DNA from: Polyangiales bacterium
GTDB lineage: Bacteria; Myxococcota_A; Polyangia; Polyangiales; JADJQN01
NCBI GenBank assembly: GCA_964202905.1
Contig: CAXNJO010000008.1
Location: 128,001-192,000 of the forward strand
DNA: 64,000 bases
Direction of reading: 5' to 3'
The position numbers and the translations under genes are program-made. This document shows, one piece after another, positions 19,923-28,928 of the stretch. The notes under the pieces were generated by a model. The model did no database searches. It saw nothing but the letters and a program-made list of their open reading frames with translations, and had not been told where the DNA came from. Position 1 is the stretch's first letter, and every line of letters starts with the position of its first letter.

Positions 19923-22601
19923 TCAGGCCGTGTGGCTCGCGAGCCGATCGCCAAACGCCCGGATCTCGGCGAGCGAGCCGGCCTCGGCGCCGGGCTTGAG
20001 CGTGTCGAGCTCGCCGAGCGCGATGACACCATGGTCCCGGAGCGCCTGGATCGCGGTCTCGAGCTTCGGCCGGGAGATCGACTCGCGGCGCTCCAGCTCG
20101 CCCGCGAGGTACATGCGCTGGCCGATCGCGAGCGTGCGCTTCAACCACTCCTTGCGTCCGAGCGGCGCTTCGAGGAGCAGCTCGACGCCGCGAAGGGCGA
20201 CGCGGTAACTCTCGAAGTAAGTGCGCAGGAGCTCCGCGTACGTGGCGATCCGCTGTCCGCCGCGCCCGCTCGCCGCGCGGATGTGCCCGGCTTCGCGCTC
20301 GAGCTCGCCCGCTCCGACGAGCGTCGCGATGGCATCTTCGAAGATGGCATCGAATGGCGCGTCCGCGCGGTACATGAACTCGTACTTGAAGAGGCGTGAC
20401 AGCGAGCGGACGCGCTCCTTCAGCACGTCCTCCGCGACGGGGTCGGCCTCGCCGCCGCGCAGCGCCGCGGCGATGAGCGCGTTCGGAACGAAGAAGTGCA
20501 GGATGTTGTTCTTGTAGTATTCGAGGGCGATGCGACGCTCCTCGGGGACGCTGTAGATCGGCGCCGCGGCGTGGCTCGCGTCGGGCGCGTGCGCGACGAT
20601 GAGCTTGCCGTCGAGAAAGAGGCGGATCGTCTCGCGCACCGCCTCCTCGCGGAGCTGCCCCGCCTCGTCGAGGATCGAGGGCGCGAGCGGCGCGCCGAGC
20701 CGCTCGAGGCTCGCGAGGATCGTGCGCGCCTCGGCGACCAGGTCGCGCTCGACGATCCCACGGTGGCGGTTGGTGAGCAGCGCGGTCGCGACGAGCGCCG
20801 CCGGGGTCGCGACCGTCACGCGATCGATCTCGTGCGTGATCTGATGCGCCACGCGCTGCACGAGCGCGCGCCGCTGCGCCGGGCCGAGCGCGCGCCCCGG
20901 CTCGGTGTTTGCCGTGTCGCCGTCCGCGACCTCGCGCACGATGTCCTCGAAGCGCAGCACCTCGCCGAACTGGATGTAAAGCCTCCCGTAGCGCGAGCGC
21001 AGCACCTTCGAGGAGTTGAGCAGCCCGCCGACGTTCTCCTTCGCCTTTTCGCCGCCGCCGAGCTCGTGCACGTACGACCGCTCTTCGATGATGCGCTCGT
21101 AGCCCACGCTGATCGGCACGAAGTAGGTCGGCCGCTGCCGCAGCTCGAGCGCCGCGTCGACGATCATCGAGAGCAGCCCGAGCTTCGGCGGCAGGAGCTT
21201 GCCCGTGCGCGAGCGGCCACCCTCGACGAAGAGCTCGATCGAGAAACCCTCGACCATCACCTTGCGGATGTACGCATCGACGAGCGCCGCATAGAGCTTC
21301 TTGCCCTTGAAGCTGCGCTTGATGAAGAACGCCCCGCCGCGCCGGAAGATCGGGCCGATCGGCCAGAATCCGAGGTTGTCGCCCGCGGCGATGAGCGGGG
21401 TCGAGAGCGCGTTCGCGTAGAAGACGTCCGAGAGCACCAGGTAGTCGACGTGGCTCTTGTGGCTCGGTACGAGCACGAGGTTCCCGGTGCGCGCGGCGGC
21501 GCGGACGCGCTCGAGGCCTTCCTTGTCGATGACGAGCCCGTCGTAGATCCGGTGCCAGATCCAATCGAGCACGCGGTGGAAGAGCGCAGTGACCGTCGGA
21601 TCGGGTGCCGCGCAGAGCCGGCGCAGCTCCGCGTCGGCCTCCCGCGTCGTCGCCGCGACGCTCTTCTTCGCGGCGCGCGCCGCGCTCTCGATGTGCTTGC
21701 GGACGCGGGGGCTGCGCAGGATCTCCTCGCGGATCCGGAACGGCGTCTTTGCGCTCGGTCCGATCACGATCGCGCGTTCGCGCTCGATCCGGCGCAGCAG
21801 CGCGTAGCGCACCTTGTCGGCCGCCTCGCCGTCGGTGAGATCCTGATGCGCCTCGAGAAACGCCTTGAGATCGAAGGGCTCACCCGTGCGCAGCAGCGCG
21901 TTGCGGTGGTTGAGCAGGAACTGGAAGAACACGCGGATCTGCCCCGGCCACTCGGTCGGACCGAAGACGAGGTCGACGAGCGTGCGCTGTTTCTTCGGCG
22001 GCAGCTTCGACCAGACGAACGTCTGCGGCAGCAGCAGGATCGGCCGATCGAGGCTGCGCTGCGTCTCGACGAGCGTGCGGATGAGGTCCACCTCGATGCG
22101 CGCGCCCTTGCGCTCGTCGCGGCCGATCCCCGGCGGCTGGCGGAGGAAGAGCAGGGCGCTCGCCCGCGCGCCGACCACCGAGGCGAGCGCCTTGTCTTCG
22201 GGGATCTGCCGCCGCAGACGCAGCCTGCGCTCGCCCTTGCCGAAGGGCTCGAGGATCCACAGGCCAAGATCGTTCACGAATCGCACGAGCGGCAGCCCGA
22301 GCTGCTTCACGAGCCAGTCGAGGCAGAGGAAATCGAGCACCGAGAGCGAGCGCATCACGTAGACGACGACCCCGCGCCGCGCCGCGCTCTGCACCGCCTC
22401 GCTCCAGGTCTCGTCGACGTGGATGTGCGAGAAAAAGCGCCGGTAGAGCCAGCGCAGGATGCCGTTCGGCTCGTAGGCGCCGTGGCGCGCGCTCGATTGG
22501 GGATCGCGCGCGCGGGACTCCACCGCGGTCATGGAGCGACCCGTCCCCGCGTCCTCCGACCCCGGTTTCGGGTGCTGCTCGTCCTCGCGCGCGCTCGGCA
22601 T
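19923..22601 (-). CDS. plsB: Glycerol-3-phosphate acyltransferase (PlsB-like)
   Basis: PSHKSHVDY (HxxxxD), GAFFIKRSF, FVEGGRSRTGKLLPPKLG, PISVGYE. Start uncertain (22601 or 22532). Confidence 0.88.
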   Translation of the reverse strand: MPSAREDEQHPKPGSEDAGTGRSMTAVESRARDPQSSARHGAYEPNGILRWLYRRFFSHIHVDETWSEAVQSAARRGVVVYVMRSLSVLDFLCLDWLVKQLGLPLVRFVNDLGLWILEPFGKGERRLRLRRQIPEDKALASVVGARASALLFLRQPPGIGRDERKGARIEVDLIRTLVETQRSLDRPILLLPQTFVWSKLPPKKQRTLVDLVFGPTEWPGQIRVFFQFLLNHRNALLRTGEPFDLKAFLEAHQDLTDGEAADKVRYALLRRIERERAIVIGPSAKTPFRIREEILRSPRVRKHIESAARAAKKSVAATTREADAELRRLCAAPDPTVTALFHRVLDWIWHRIYDGLVIDKEGLERVRAAARTGNLVLVPSHKSHVDYLVLSDVFYANALSTPLIAAGDNLGFWPIGPIFRRGGAFFIKRSFKGKKLYAALVDAYIRKVMVEGFSIELFVEGGRSRTGKLLPPKLGLLSMIVDAALELRQRPTYFVPISVGYERIIEERSYVHELGGGEKAKENVGGLLNSSKVLRSRYGRLYIQFGEVLRFEDIVREVADGDTANTEPGRALGPAQRRALVQRVAHQITHEIDRVTVATPAALVATALLTNRHRGIVERDLVAEARTILASLERLGAPLAPSILDEAGQLREEAVRETIRLFLDGKLIVAHAPDASHAAAPIYSVPEERRIALEYYKNNILHFFVPNALIAAALRGGEADPVAEDVLKERVRSLSRLFKYEFMYRADAPFDAIFEDAIATLVGAGELEREAGHIRAASGRGGQRIATYAELLRTYFESYRVALRGVELLLEAPLGRKEWLKRTLAIGQRMYLAGELERRESISRPKLETAIQALRDHGVIALGELDTLKPGAEAGSLAEIRAFGDRLASHTA

Positions 22602-22716
22602 GGCGGCGCGAAGGTAACACCCGACGCGCGATTCGCCGGTGCAGCCGCGTCGAGGGGGCTGGCGAGAGGCCCCCGCGGTCCAGCGCGGTCCGCGGCGTCG
22701 GAGGTTCGCAGTGTGG

Positions 22717-23325
22717 CTAGAAGGTCGCCGCGAGCGAGCGGCGCTCGGCGGGCGCGAGCGTGACGGCGTCGAAGCGCTGCTCGGCGCCGCGGTAGCGCGC
22801 GACGATGTCGTACGTGCCCGCGCTGAGGTGGCCTGACACGCCGCTCCCGAGCGTGCCGACCCGCTCGCCGTTGCGGAAGATCGTCGCCATCCCGGCGGCG
22901 CGGCGCCCCTCAGCTTCGATGCGTACCTCGAGGATCGCCGTCTGGAAGTCGGCCGCGGCCGTCGCCGTGCCGCCCGGGGCGACGGTGACCTCGACCGTCT
23001 TGACGGGTCGGTCGAGCGCGCCGTCCAGCCCGAGCACGACCTCATAACTGCCCGACGGCACCCCCACGGGCTCCCCGCAGGTGCCGGTCGCGATCTCCTG
23101 ACCGTCCTTCCGGATCGCCACAGTCCCGGAGGCGGCGCCCCCGTTCTCGGTGATGCGACAGGCGATACGGCCACGCGCCTGCGTCGCGCGCACGGGCTCC
23201 ACGATCGTGCTCCGGGGCGCGGCCTGGCCGACCGATGACTGCGCGCAGATCAGCGCCATCGTCAGCGAAAACAACACCATCGGCGTCCGTGCGTCGCGCG
23301 TCATCGGGTTCTCCTCACGGGACAT
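22717..23325 (-). CDS. Hypothetical secreted beta-sandwich protein
   Basis: Signal-like segment ([13 protein letters not shown]) and two beta-rich repeats (VPSGSYEV / LSAGTYDI). Start uncertain. Confidence 0.5.
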   Translation of the reverse strand: MSREENPMTRDARTPMVLFSLTMALICAQSSVGQAAPRSTIVEPVRATQARGRIACRITENGGAASGTVAIRKDGQEIATGTCGEPVGVPSGSYEVVLGLDGALDRPVKTVEVTVAPGGTATAAADFQTAILEVRIEAEGRRAAGMATIFRNGERVGTLGSGVSGHLSAGTYDIVARYRGAEQRFDAVTLAPAERRSLAATF

Positions 23326-23429
23326 CGCGCCCCGCCATGCGTGTGCGAGCATAGACGGTGCACCCCGCGCGGCGATACAAACGCCCCGCGGCCCGCCCGG
23401 CGCGCCCCGTCCCGCCCCGCCTCCAACGC

Positions 23430-23458
23430 TTGACACCTCCGGACCCCCGGCGTACATC
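23430..23458 (+). promoter_or_regulatory. Housekeeping sigma promoter of rplM-rpsI
   Basis: TTGACA-N17-TACATC. Confidence 0.65.
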
Positions 23459-23587
23459 TCCGCTCCCTTCGCGCCCCCCACCGGGGCGCATCTCCCGAAG
23501 GCCGCGCCCCGACCCGGCGCCCCCTCGGGAATTCCCGCTCCGAAGCCACGCGCCGAAGTCGGCGCCCCGACGAGAAGCAAGACGACG

Positions 23588-24055
23588 ATGAGCACTCCGA
23601 CCCGCGCCGCCACGGCCTCCCAGCCGAACGCCAGCTTCCTCGCGAAGCCCCTCGAAGTCACGCATCGCTGGTTCGTGGTCGACGCGGCGGGCATCCCCCT
23701 CGGTCGGCTGGCGTCGCGCATCGCCTCGGTACTTCGCGGCAAGAACAAGCCGGAATACACGCCGAGCGTCGACACGGGCGACTTCGTCATCGTCGTGAAC
23801 GCCGAGAAGGTCGGCCTCACCGGCAACAAACTCGACGGTAAGTTCTACTACCGCCACTCCGGCATCCCGACGGGCTTCAAGCAGGAGTCCTACCGCCTCC
23901 TCATCCAGCGCAAGCCGGAGTTCATCATCGAGAAGGCCGTGAAGGGCATGCTCCCGAAGAACGTCCTCGGCCGTCAGATGCACGGCAAGCTGAAGGTCTA
24001 CGCCGGCCCGACGCACCCGCACACGGCGCAGCAGCCCGCGCCGCTTCCGGCCTGA
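23588..24055 (+). CDS. rplM: 50S ribosomal protein L13
   Basis: [57 protein letters not shown]. Confidence 0.98.
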   Translation: MSTPTRAATASQPNASFLAKPLEVTHRWFVVDAAGIPLGRLASRIASVLRGKNKPEYTPSVDTGDFVIVVNAEKVGLTGNKLDGKFYYRHSGIPTGFKQESYRLLIQRKPEFIIEKAVKGMLPKNVLGRQMHGKLKVYAGPTHPHTAQQPAPLPA

Positions 24056-24097
24056 ACCTCCCCCGAACCCGCCATCCCCTGACGAGACGAGACCACG

Positions 24098-24502
24098 ATG
24101 CCCCCGGCCACGATTGATTCCCGCTTCTACGGCACCGGCAAGCGCAAGTGCGCGATCGCGCGCGTCTTCCTCAAGAGCGGCACCGGCACGGTGACGGTGA
24201 ACGGCCGCACGCTCCCCGACTACTTCCCCCGCGAGACCTCGCAGATGGTCGTCGCGCAGGCCTTCGAGGCCGTCGAGAAGGTCGGCAAGTTCGACGTCGA
24301 AGCGAACGTCTGCGGCGGCGGCGTGAGCGCCCAGGCCGAGGCCGTGCGCCACGGCATCTCGCGCGCCCTCCTGAACGTCGATGCCGACCTCCGCCCGACC
24401 CTCAAAAAGGCGGGCTTCCTGACGCGCGACTCGCGCAAGGTCGAGCGCAAGAAGGCCGGCCAGCCCGGAGCGCGTCGCAAGTTCCAGTTCAGCAAGCGCT
24501 GA
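24098..24502 (+). CDS. rpsI: 30S ribosomal protein S9
   Basis: [35 protein letters not shown]. Confidence 0.98.
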   Translation: MPPATIDSRFYGTGKRKCAIARVFLKSGTGTVTVNGRTLPDYFPRETSQMVVAQAFEAVEKVGKFDVEANVCGGGVSAQAEAVRHGISRALLNVDADLRPTLKKAGFLTRDSRKVERKKAGQPGARRKFQFSKR

Positions 24503-24540
24503 TCGCGCGGGTCCGCGATTTCATCGCGGCTCTTCACACT

Positions 24541-24573
24541 CGGCCCGGGTCCCTCGCGGATCCCGGGTCGTTT
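24541..24573 (+). terminator. Intrinsic terminator-like hairpin after rpsI
   Basis: CGGCCCGGG...CCCGGGTCG followed by TTT. Confidence 0.55.
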
Positions 24574-24695
24574 GCGTTGGAGCAGTCCAGTTGGGATGGA
24601 TTGCGCGCGCGTCGCACGGGGCGCGCTCGAGGTCGTGCGCGCGGTCGGGGAGCGGGTCGCGCGCGCTGGGTGGATGTCACGGCATCGGAGGGGCG

Positions 24696-25745
24696 ATGGG
24701 CGAGCGACGGGTCGCGGTCATCGGGGCGACGGGTTACACGGGCGCGGAGCTGCTGCGCCTTCTCTGCGCGCATCCGCGCGTCGCGGTGACGCGGATCGTC
24801 GGTCACGGGAAGGCCGGGCAGCCGATCGCGCAGGTGCTGCCTGCGTTCCACGGCGTGCTCGACGGGACGATCGCCGCCTTCGATGCGGATGACGTCGCGG
24901 CCCACGCCGACACCGCCTTCCTCGCGCTGCCCCACGGCGCGGCCGCCATCGTCGCGAAGGCGCTGCGGGCCCGCGGTGTCGTCGTGCTCGATCTGAGCGC
25001 CGATTTCCGCCTTCGCGATCGCGCCGTGCACCGCGAATGGTACGGCGAAGACCACGCGCCCGAGCTCGCTGCCGAGGCGGTGTACGGCCTGCCCGAGCTG
25101 CACCGCGAGGCACTGCGGCGCGCGGATTTGATCGCGGTGCCGGGCTGCTTCCCGACGGCGAGCACCCTCGCGCTCGCGCCGCTGCTCCGCGCAGGACTCG
25201 CGCGCACGACGGGCCTCGTGATCGACGCGAAGACGGGCGTGTCCGGCGCCGGTCGGTCGCCGCTCCCCAACACGCACTTCCCCGAGACGAGCGAAGGCGT
25301 CCGCGCCTACAAGGTCGCCGGGCAGCACCGGCACACGCCCGAGATCGAGCAGGAGCTGTCGGGCGTCGCCGGTGTCCCCGTGCGCCTCGTCTTCACCCCT
25401 CACCTCATCCCGATGACGCGCGGGATCCTCGCGACGGCCTACGCGAGCGCCACCCGCGACGACGTCACCGCCGCGGCGTGCACGGAGGCCGCGCAGTCCC
25501 TCTACGCCGACTCGCCGGTCGTCGCGGTGCTGCCGCCGGGGAGTCATCCCGACACGCTCTGGGTGCGCGGCAGCGCGCGCGCGCACGTCGCGTACGCCCG
25601 GGACCCGCGCACCGGGACGATCGTCGCGCAGGCGACGCTCGACAACCTCGGCAAGGGCGCCGCGGGCCAGGCCGTCCAGTGCTTCAACGTGCGCTTCGGC
25701 TTCGATGAGGGCGAGGGCCTGCCGCGCGTCGGCATGTTCCCCTGA
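24696..25745 (+). CDS. argC: N-acetyl-gamma-glutamyl-phosphate reductase
   Basis: IGATGYTG, LALPHG, DLSADFRL, YGLPE, PGCFPT, GVSGAGR, HRHTPEI, DNLGKGAAGQAVQ. Confidence 0.96.
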   Translation: MGERRVAVIGATGYTGAELLRLLCAHPRVAVTRIVGHGKAGQPIAQVLPAFHGVLDGTIAAFDADDVAAHADTAFLALPHGAAAIVAKALRARGVVVLDLSADFRLRDRAVHREWYGEDHAPELAAEAVYGLPELHREALRRADLIAVPGCFPTASTLALAPLLRAGLARTTGLVIDAKTGVSGAGRSPLPNTHFPETSEGVRAYKVAGQHRHTPEIEQELSGVAGVPVRLVFTPHLIPMTRGILATAYASATRDDVTAAACTEAAQSLYADSPVVAVLPPGSHPDTLWVRGSARAHVAYARDPRTGTIVAQATLDNLGKGAAGQAVQCFNVRFGFDEGEGLPRVGMFP

Positions 25746-25794
25746 GCGCCGCAGGGCGTCGCGCGACCGTGGGTTCCGCGCTAGAGCCGTCGAC

Positions 25795-26513
25795 ATGTCG
25801 ACCTTCTTTCGTCGCGCGTGGGTGCTCCCGCGCAGCCTCTGTCTCGTCGGTCTGCTCGGCGGCGCGTGCACTCGGGGCTACGAGCCGGTGAGCGAGGCCG
25901 AGGTGAGCGGCCTCATCGCGGAGCCGGCGCCGCACGCGCACGCGAGCGAACCCGTCGCCCCCGTCGGCGTCAGCGCCTGCCGCGCTTCCCGCGCCCGCAG
26001 CCCCGGCGACGCCGCTTGTGCCCGCCACGGGGGCTGAGGTGTCCGCCCGCGCCGGCGGGCTCTCGTGGTCCGCGGCTCCCCCGCTCGTGGCGCGCCGCCC
26101 TGCGGTACCGATGCGCGCGGCCGAGTATGCCATCGCTGGAGAGGGTGACGAAGAGGCCGTGCTGACGGTGTTCCACTTCGGCCCGGGGATGGGCGGCAGC
26201 GTCGCGGACAACGTCGCGCGCTGGGCGGGCCAGCTCCGCACGGAGCGTGGCGAGCCGGTCGAGGCCCGCACGACGACACGGCGCGTGGGCGCGCTGCCGG
26301 TCACGGTCGTCGAGGCGGAGGGCCAGATGTCCACGGGCATGCCCGGTGCGCCGCAGCCCGCCCCGGCTCCAGCGCGCGCGGCTTCTCGGCGCGATCGTGG
26401 AAGGCCCGGAGGGCCTCGTCTTCTTCAAGCTGAGCGGCCCGCCGGCGACGGTCGACCGCGGTCGCGCGGCCTTCGACGCGCTGCTCGCATCGCTCGTCGC
26501 CGCGTCGCGCTGA
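25795..26513 (+). CDS. Hypothetical lipoprotein, two frameshifts (~25960-26020 and ~26365)
   Basis: Lipobox LGGAC, then MRAAEY..VFHFGPGMGGSVADNVARWAGQ, then LLGAIVEGPEGLVFFKLSGP in three successive frames that read as one protein. Confidence 0.6.
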
Positions 26514-26648
26514 GCACGTCGTCGCGGGGGCCGCGGGCCCACGCACCGCGCTCGGAGGACCTGTCGAGCTCCGCGCGGCGTTTGGGGATCGCCGCGCACG
26601 TCGGGCTGGCTTCCAGCTCAGGGCTGAGCGCTGCTATGGTCGCGTGGC

Positions 26649-27542
26649 GTGATCCGCGTCCTGCACTGCAGCGATCTCCACCTCGGCGTGCCGCTCTCGA
26701 CGCTGCCGCGCGCGGACCTCGCACCGAAGCGTCTGCTCGGCGCCGCGAACCTCGCGCTGCGCCGTGGTCGCCGCTTCGCGGACGCGCACGCGCGCGTCGC
26801 GGCGCTCTGCGCGTTCGCCGAGGAGGCGGGCGTCGACGCCGTCGTCGTGACGGGCGACTACACCGCGCTCGGCACCGTGGAGGAGCTCGCGTTGGCGCGC
26901 CGCGCGACAGCGCCGCTCACCACGCGTCGGCTTGGTTTCGCGACGGTGCCCGGCAACCACGACGTCTACGTCGAGCCCGGGGGGCGCGGAGGCCGCTTCG
27001 AGCGTGCGTTCGCGGATTTGCTCGCGAGCGACGCACCGGAGCACGCCGTGGACGGCCCGTGGCCGCTCGTGCGCTGGCTGGGTGACGAGGTCGCCGTCGT
27101 CTGCGTCGACAGCGCGCGCCCCAACCCGCAGCTCTGGCGCTCGAGCGGTCGCGTCCCGCCCTTGCAACTCGCTGCGCTGCGGCGCGTGCTTGCCGACCGG
27201 CGCCTCGCGGACCGCTTCGTCCTCGTCGCGACGCACTACGCGCCGCTCCGCGCCGATGGCTCGCCGGACCGCGTGTGGCACGGGCTGGTCAACGCGGATG
27301 CGCTGCTCGCTGCGATCGGAGGGCGCCCGCGGACGGCCCTGCTCCACGGGCATCTGCACGAGCGTTTTTCCCTGCCGGCCACCGCCTCGCGTCCGCCGAT
27401 CTTCGGTGCCGGGAGCGCCACCGATGGGCACCACCAGTCCTTCTGGGTCTACGAGCTCGACGCGACGTCCCTGCGCGCGATACCCGGCGCGTGGGGTGGT
27501 ACCGGCTACGTGATCGACTCGGCGGCTGCCGTCCACGTGTAG
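26649..27542 (+). CDS. Calcineurin-like metallophosphoesterase (CpdA-like)
   Basis: SDLH, TGD, PGNHD, THY, HGHLH. Confidence 0.85.
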   Translation: MIRVLHCSDLHLGVPLSTLPRADLAPKRLLGAANLALRRGRRFADAHARVAALCAFAEEAGVDAVVVTGDYTALGTVEELALARRATAPLTTRRLGFATVPGNHDVYVEPGGRGGRFERAFADLLASDAPEHAVDGPWPLVRWLGDEVAVVCVDSARPNPQLWRSSGRVPPLQLAALRRVLADRRLADRFVLVATHYAPLRADGSPDRVWHGLVNADALLAAIGGRPRTALLHGHLHERFSLPATASRPPIFGAGSATDGHHQSFWVYELDATSLRAIPGAWGGTGYVIDSAAAVHV

Positions 27543-27761
27543 CCGCGCGTCGTCGCGAGCGGCCCACCACGCGTCGGCCGACAAGCGCTCGACACCGCGT
27601 ACGACGTGCCCCGCGTGCCGTCGCGCGGCGCGCGTTTGGAGGGTGGAGGCAGCGGCCGGCGCGTCGCCCGACGGGTCGCAGGCGCGAAATTGTTGACCAC
27701 AAATTTGGAGTCGTTCGCGAGGCCATCCGATAGTCGAAGGCGTCCCACGCTGGAGGTCGCC

Positions 27762-28490
27762 TTGAATCGTCCCGTCGCTCCCTCACCCGACACTGTCTGC
27801 TCCGTCCCGTCCGCCGTCGAGTCCGGGGAGCGTCGCGCGCTGCGGCGCTCGGTCGCGCTCTTCTGCGACGTCCTCGCATGGGATGGGGGCAGCCGGACGC
27901 GGCTTCGTGTCACCGACCTGTCGCCGTTCGGCGCCTGGATCGAGACGCCGCAGCCGCTCGCATTGGGCGCGGCGCTCCTCGTGTCGATCGTGCCGCCGGG
28001 CGCCGACCCCGAGCATGGCGCGCTCGTGCTCCCCGCGCGCGTCGTGCAGGCGCACCAGGGTGATGCGCCGGACGGCTCGGGCGCGGTCGGCATGGGCGTC
28101 GCCTTCGACGCGAGTCCGTCGGAGTGGGAGATTCTCGCCGCCGCGCTCCACGGCCTCCCGCCGCCGCTTCGCGCGTCGCGCCTCGCTGCGGCGAGTCCCG
28201 AGCCGATCGACGTGTCCGCGTCGATCGACGATGCGTCCGACCCGCGGACGCTCTCGATGACGCCCGTCGCGTCGGTCGCCAACCCCGTCGACGACCTCGA
28301 CGCGCTGCGGGAGATGGAGACGTGGTTCCTCTCGCCTGGTCCGGCCACCCGCGTGACGGCCGCGCCCGCGGTCACGGCGCGCGCCGCTGAGGCGCCGCTT
28401 TCTGCCGAGACGCCGCGCTTCGCGGAGGCGCCGCGCTTCATTCGCTGCAAGACCATCGTGCGCCATCCGGTGGCGGCGCTGCGTCACTGA
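27762..28490 (+). CDS. PilZ-domain protein
   Basis: ERRALRR and DLSPFG motifs, GMGVAF; TTG start after GGAGG is inferred. Confidence 0.7.
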   Translation: MNRPVAPSPDTVCSVPSAVESGERRALRRSVALFCDVLAWDGGSRTRLRVTDLSPFGAWIETPQPLALGAALLVSIVPPGADPEHGALVLPARVVQAHQGDAPDGSGAVGMGVAFDASPSEWEILAAALHGLPPPLRASRLAAASPEPIDVSASIDDASDPRTLSMTPVASVANPVDDLDALREMETWFLSPGPATRVTAAPAVTARAAEAPLSAETPRFAEAPRFIRCKTIVRHPVAALRH

Positions 28491-28526
28491 CGGGGGCGCC
28501 CGCGTGGGATGCGACATTGCGCCCGT

Positions 28527-28928
28527 TCAGTCCGGGCGCGTCGTGTCCTCGTCTCGCAGGTAGGCGACCGTCCGCACCAGCGCGACGAGTCCCTCCCGCG
28601 TCGCCGGACCCAGCTCGAGAAAGCGGATCCCCATGCCCGGATTCGGGTTTCCGCCGCCCGGTCGCAGCGGGTTCACCCACGCCACGACCCCGGGGAGCTC
28701 GAGCGCTGCGCCGTCCGGGGCGGCGAAGCGCAGCGTGAGCGACGTTCCGCGCGGGGCACGGGCCTCCGAGCGGACGAAGATGCCCATCTCGCTGATGTTG
28801 GTGATGTACGAGAAGAGAAAGGTGTCGCCGCTCGCGTAGTCGATCTGAATCGACGCGTCACAGCGTGCGAGGCGGCGTCGGTCGGCCGGCGAGCCGCCCG
28901 GGCTGTCTTCGTCGGCTGGGGGACTCAC
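28527..28928 (-). CDS. PilZ-domain protein, myxobacterial TIGR02266 type
   Basis: DRRRLAR, NISEMGIFV, GVVAWVN, GMGIRF. Confidence 0.85.
   Translation of the reverse strand: MSPPADEDSPGGSPADRRRLARCDASIQIDYASGDTFLFSYITNISEMGIFVRSEARAPRGTSLTLRFAAPDGAALELPGVVAWVNPLRPGGGNPNPGMGIRFLELGPATREGLVALVRTVAYLRDEDTTRPD

Noticed and set aside
27686..27707. AT-rich imperfect palindrome (AAATTGTTGACCACAAATTT) upstream of the PilZ gene
   Set aside because: Could be a regulator site, but it is a single imperfect instance with no assignable factor.
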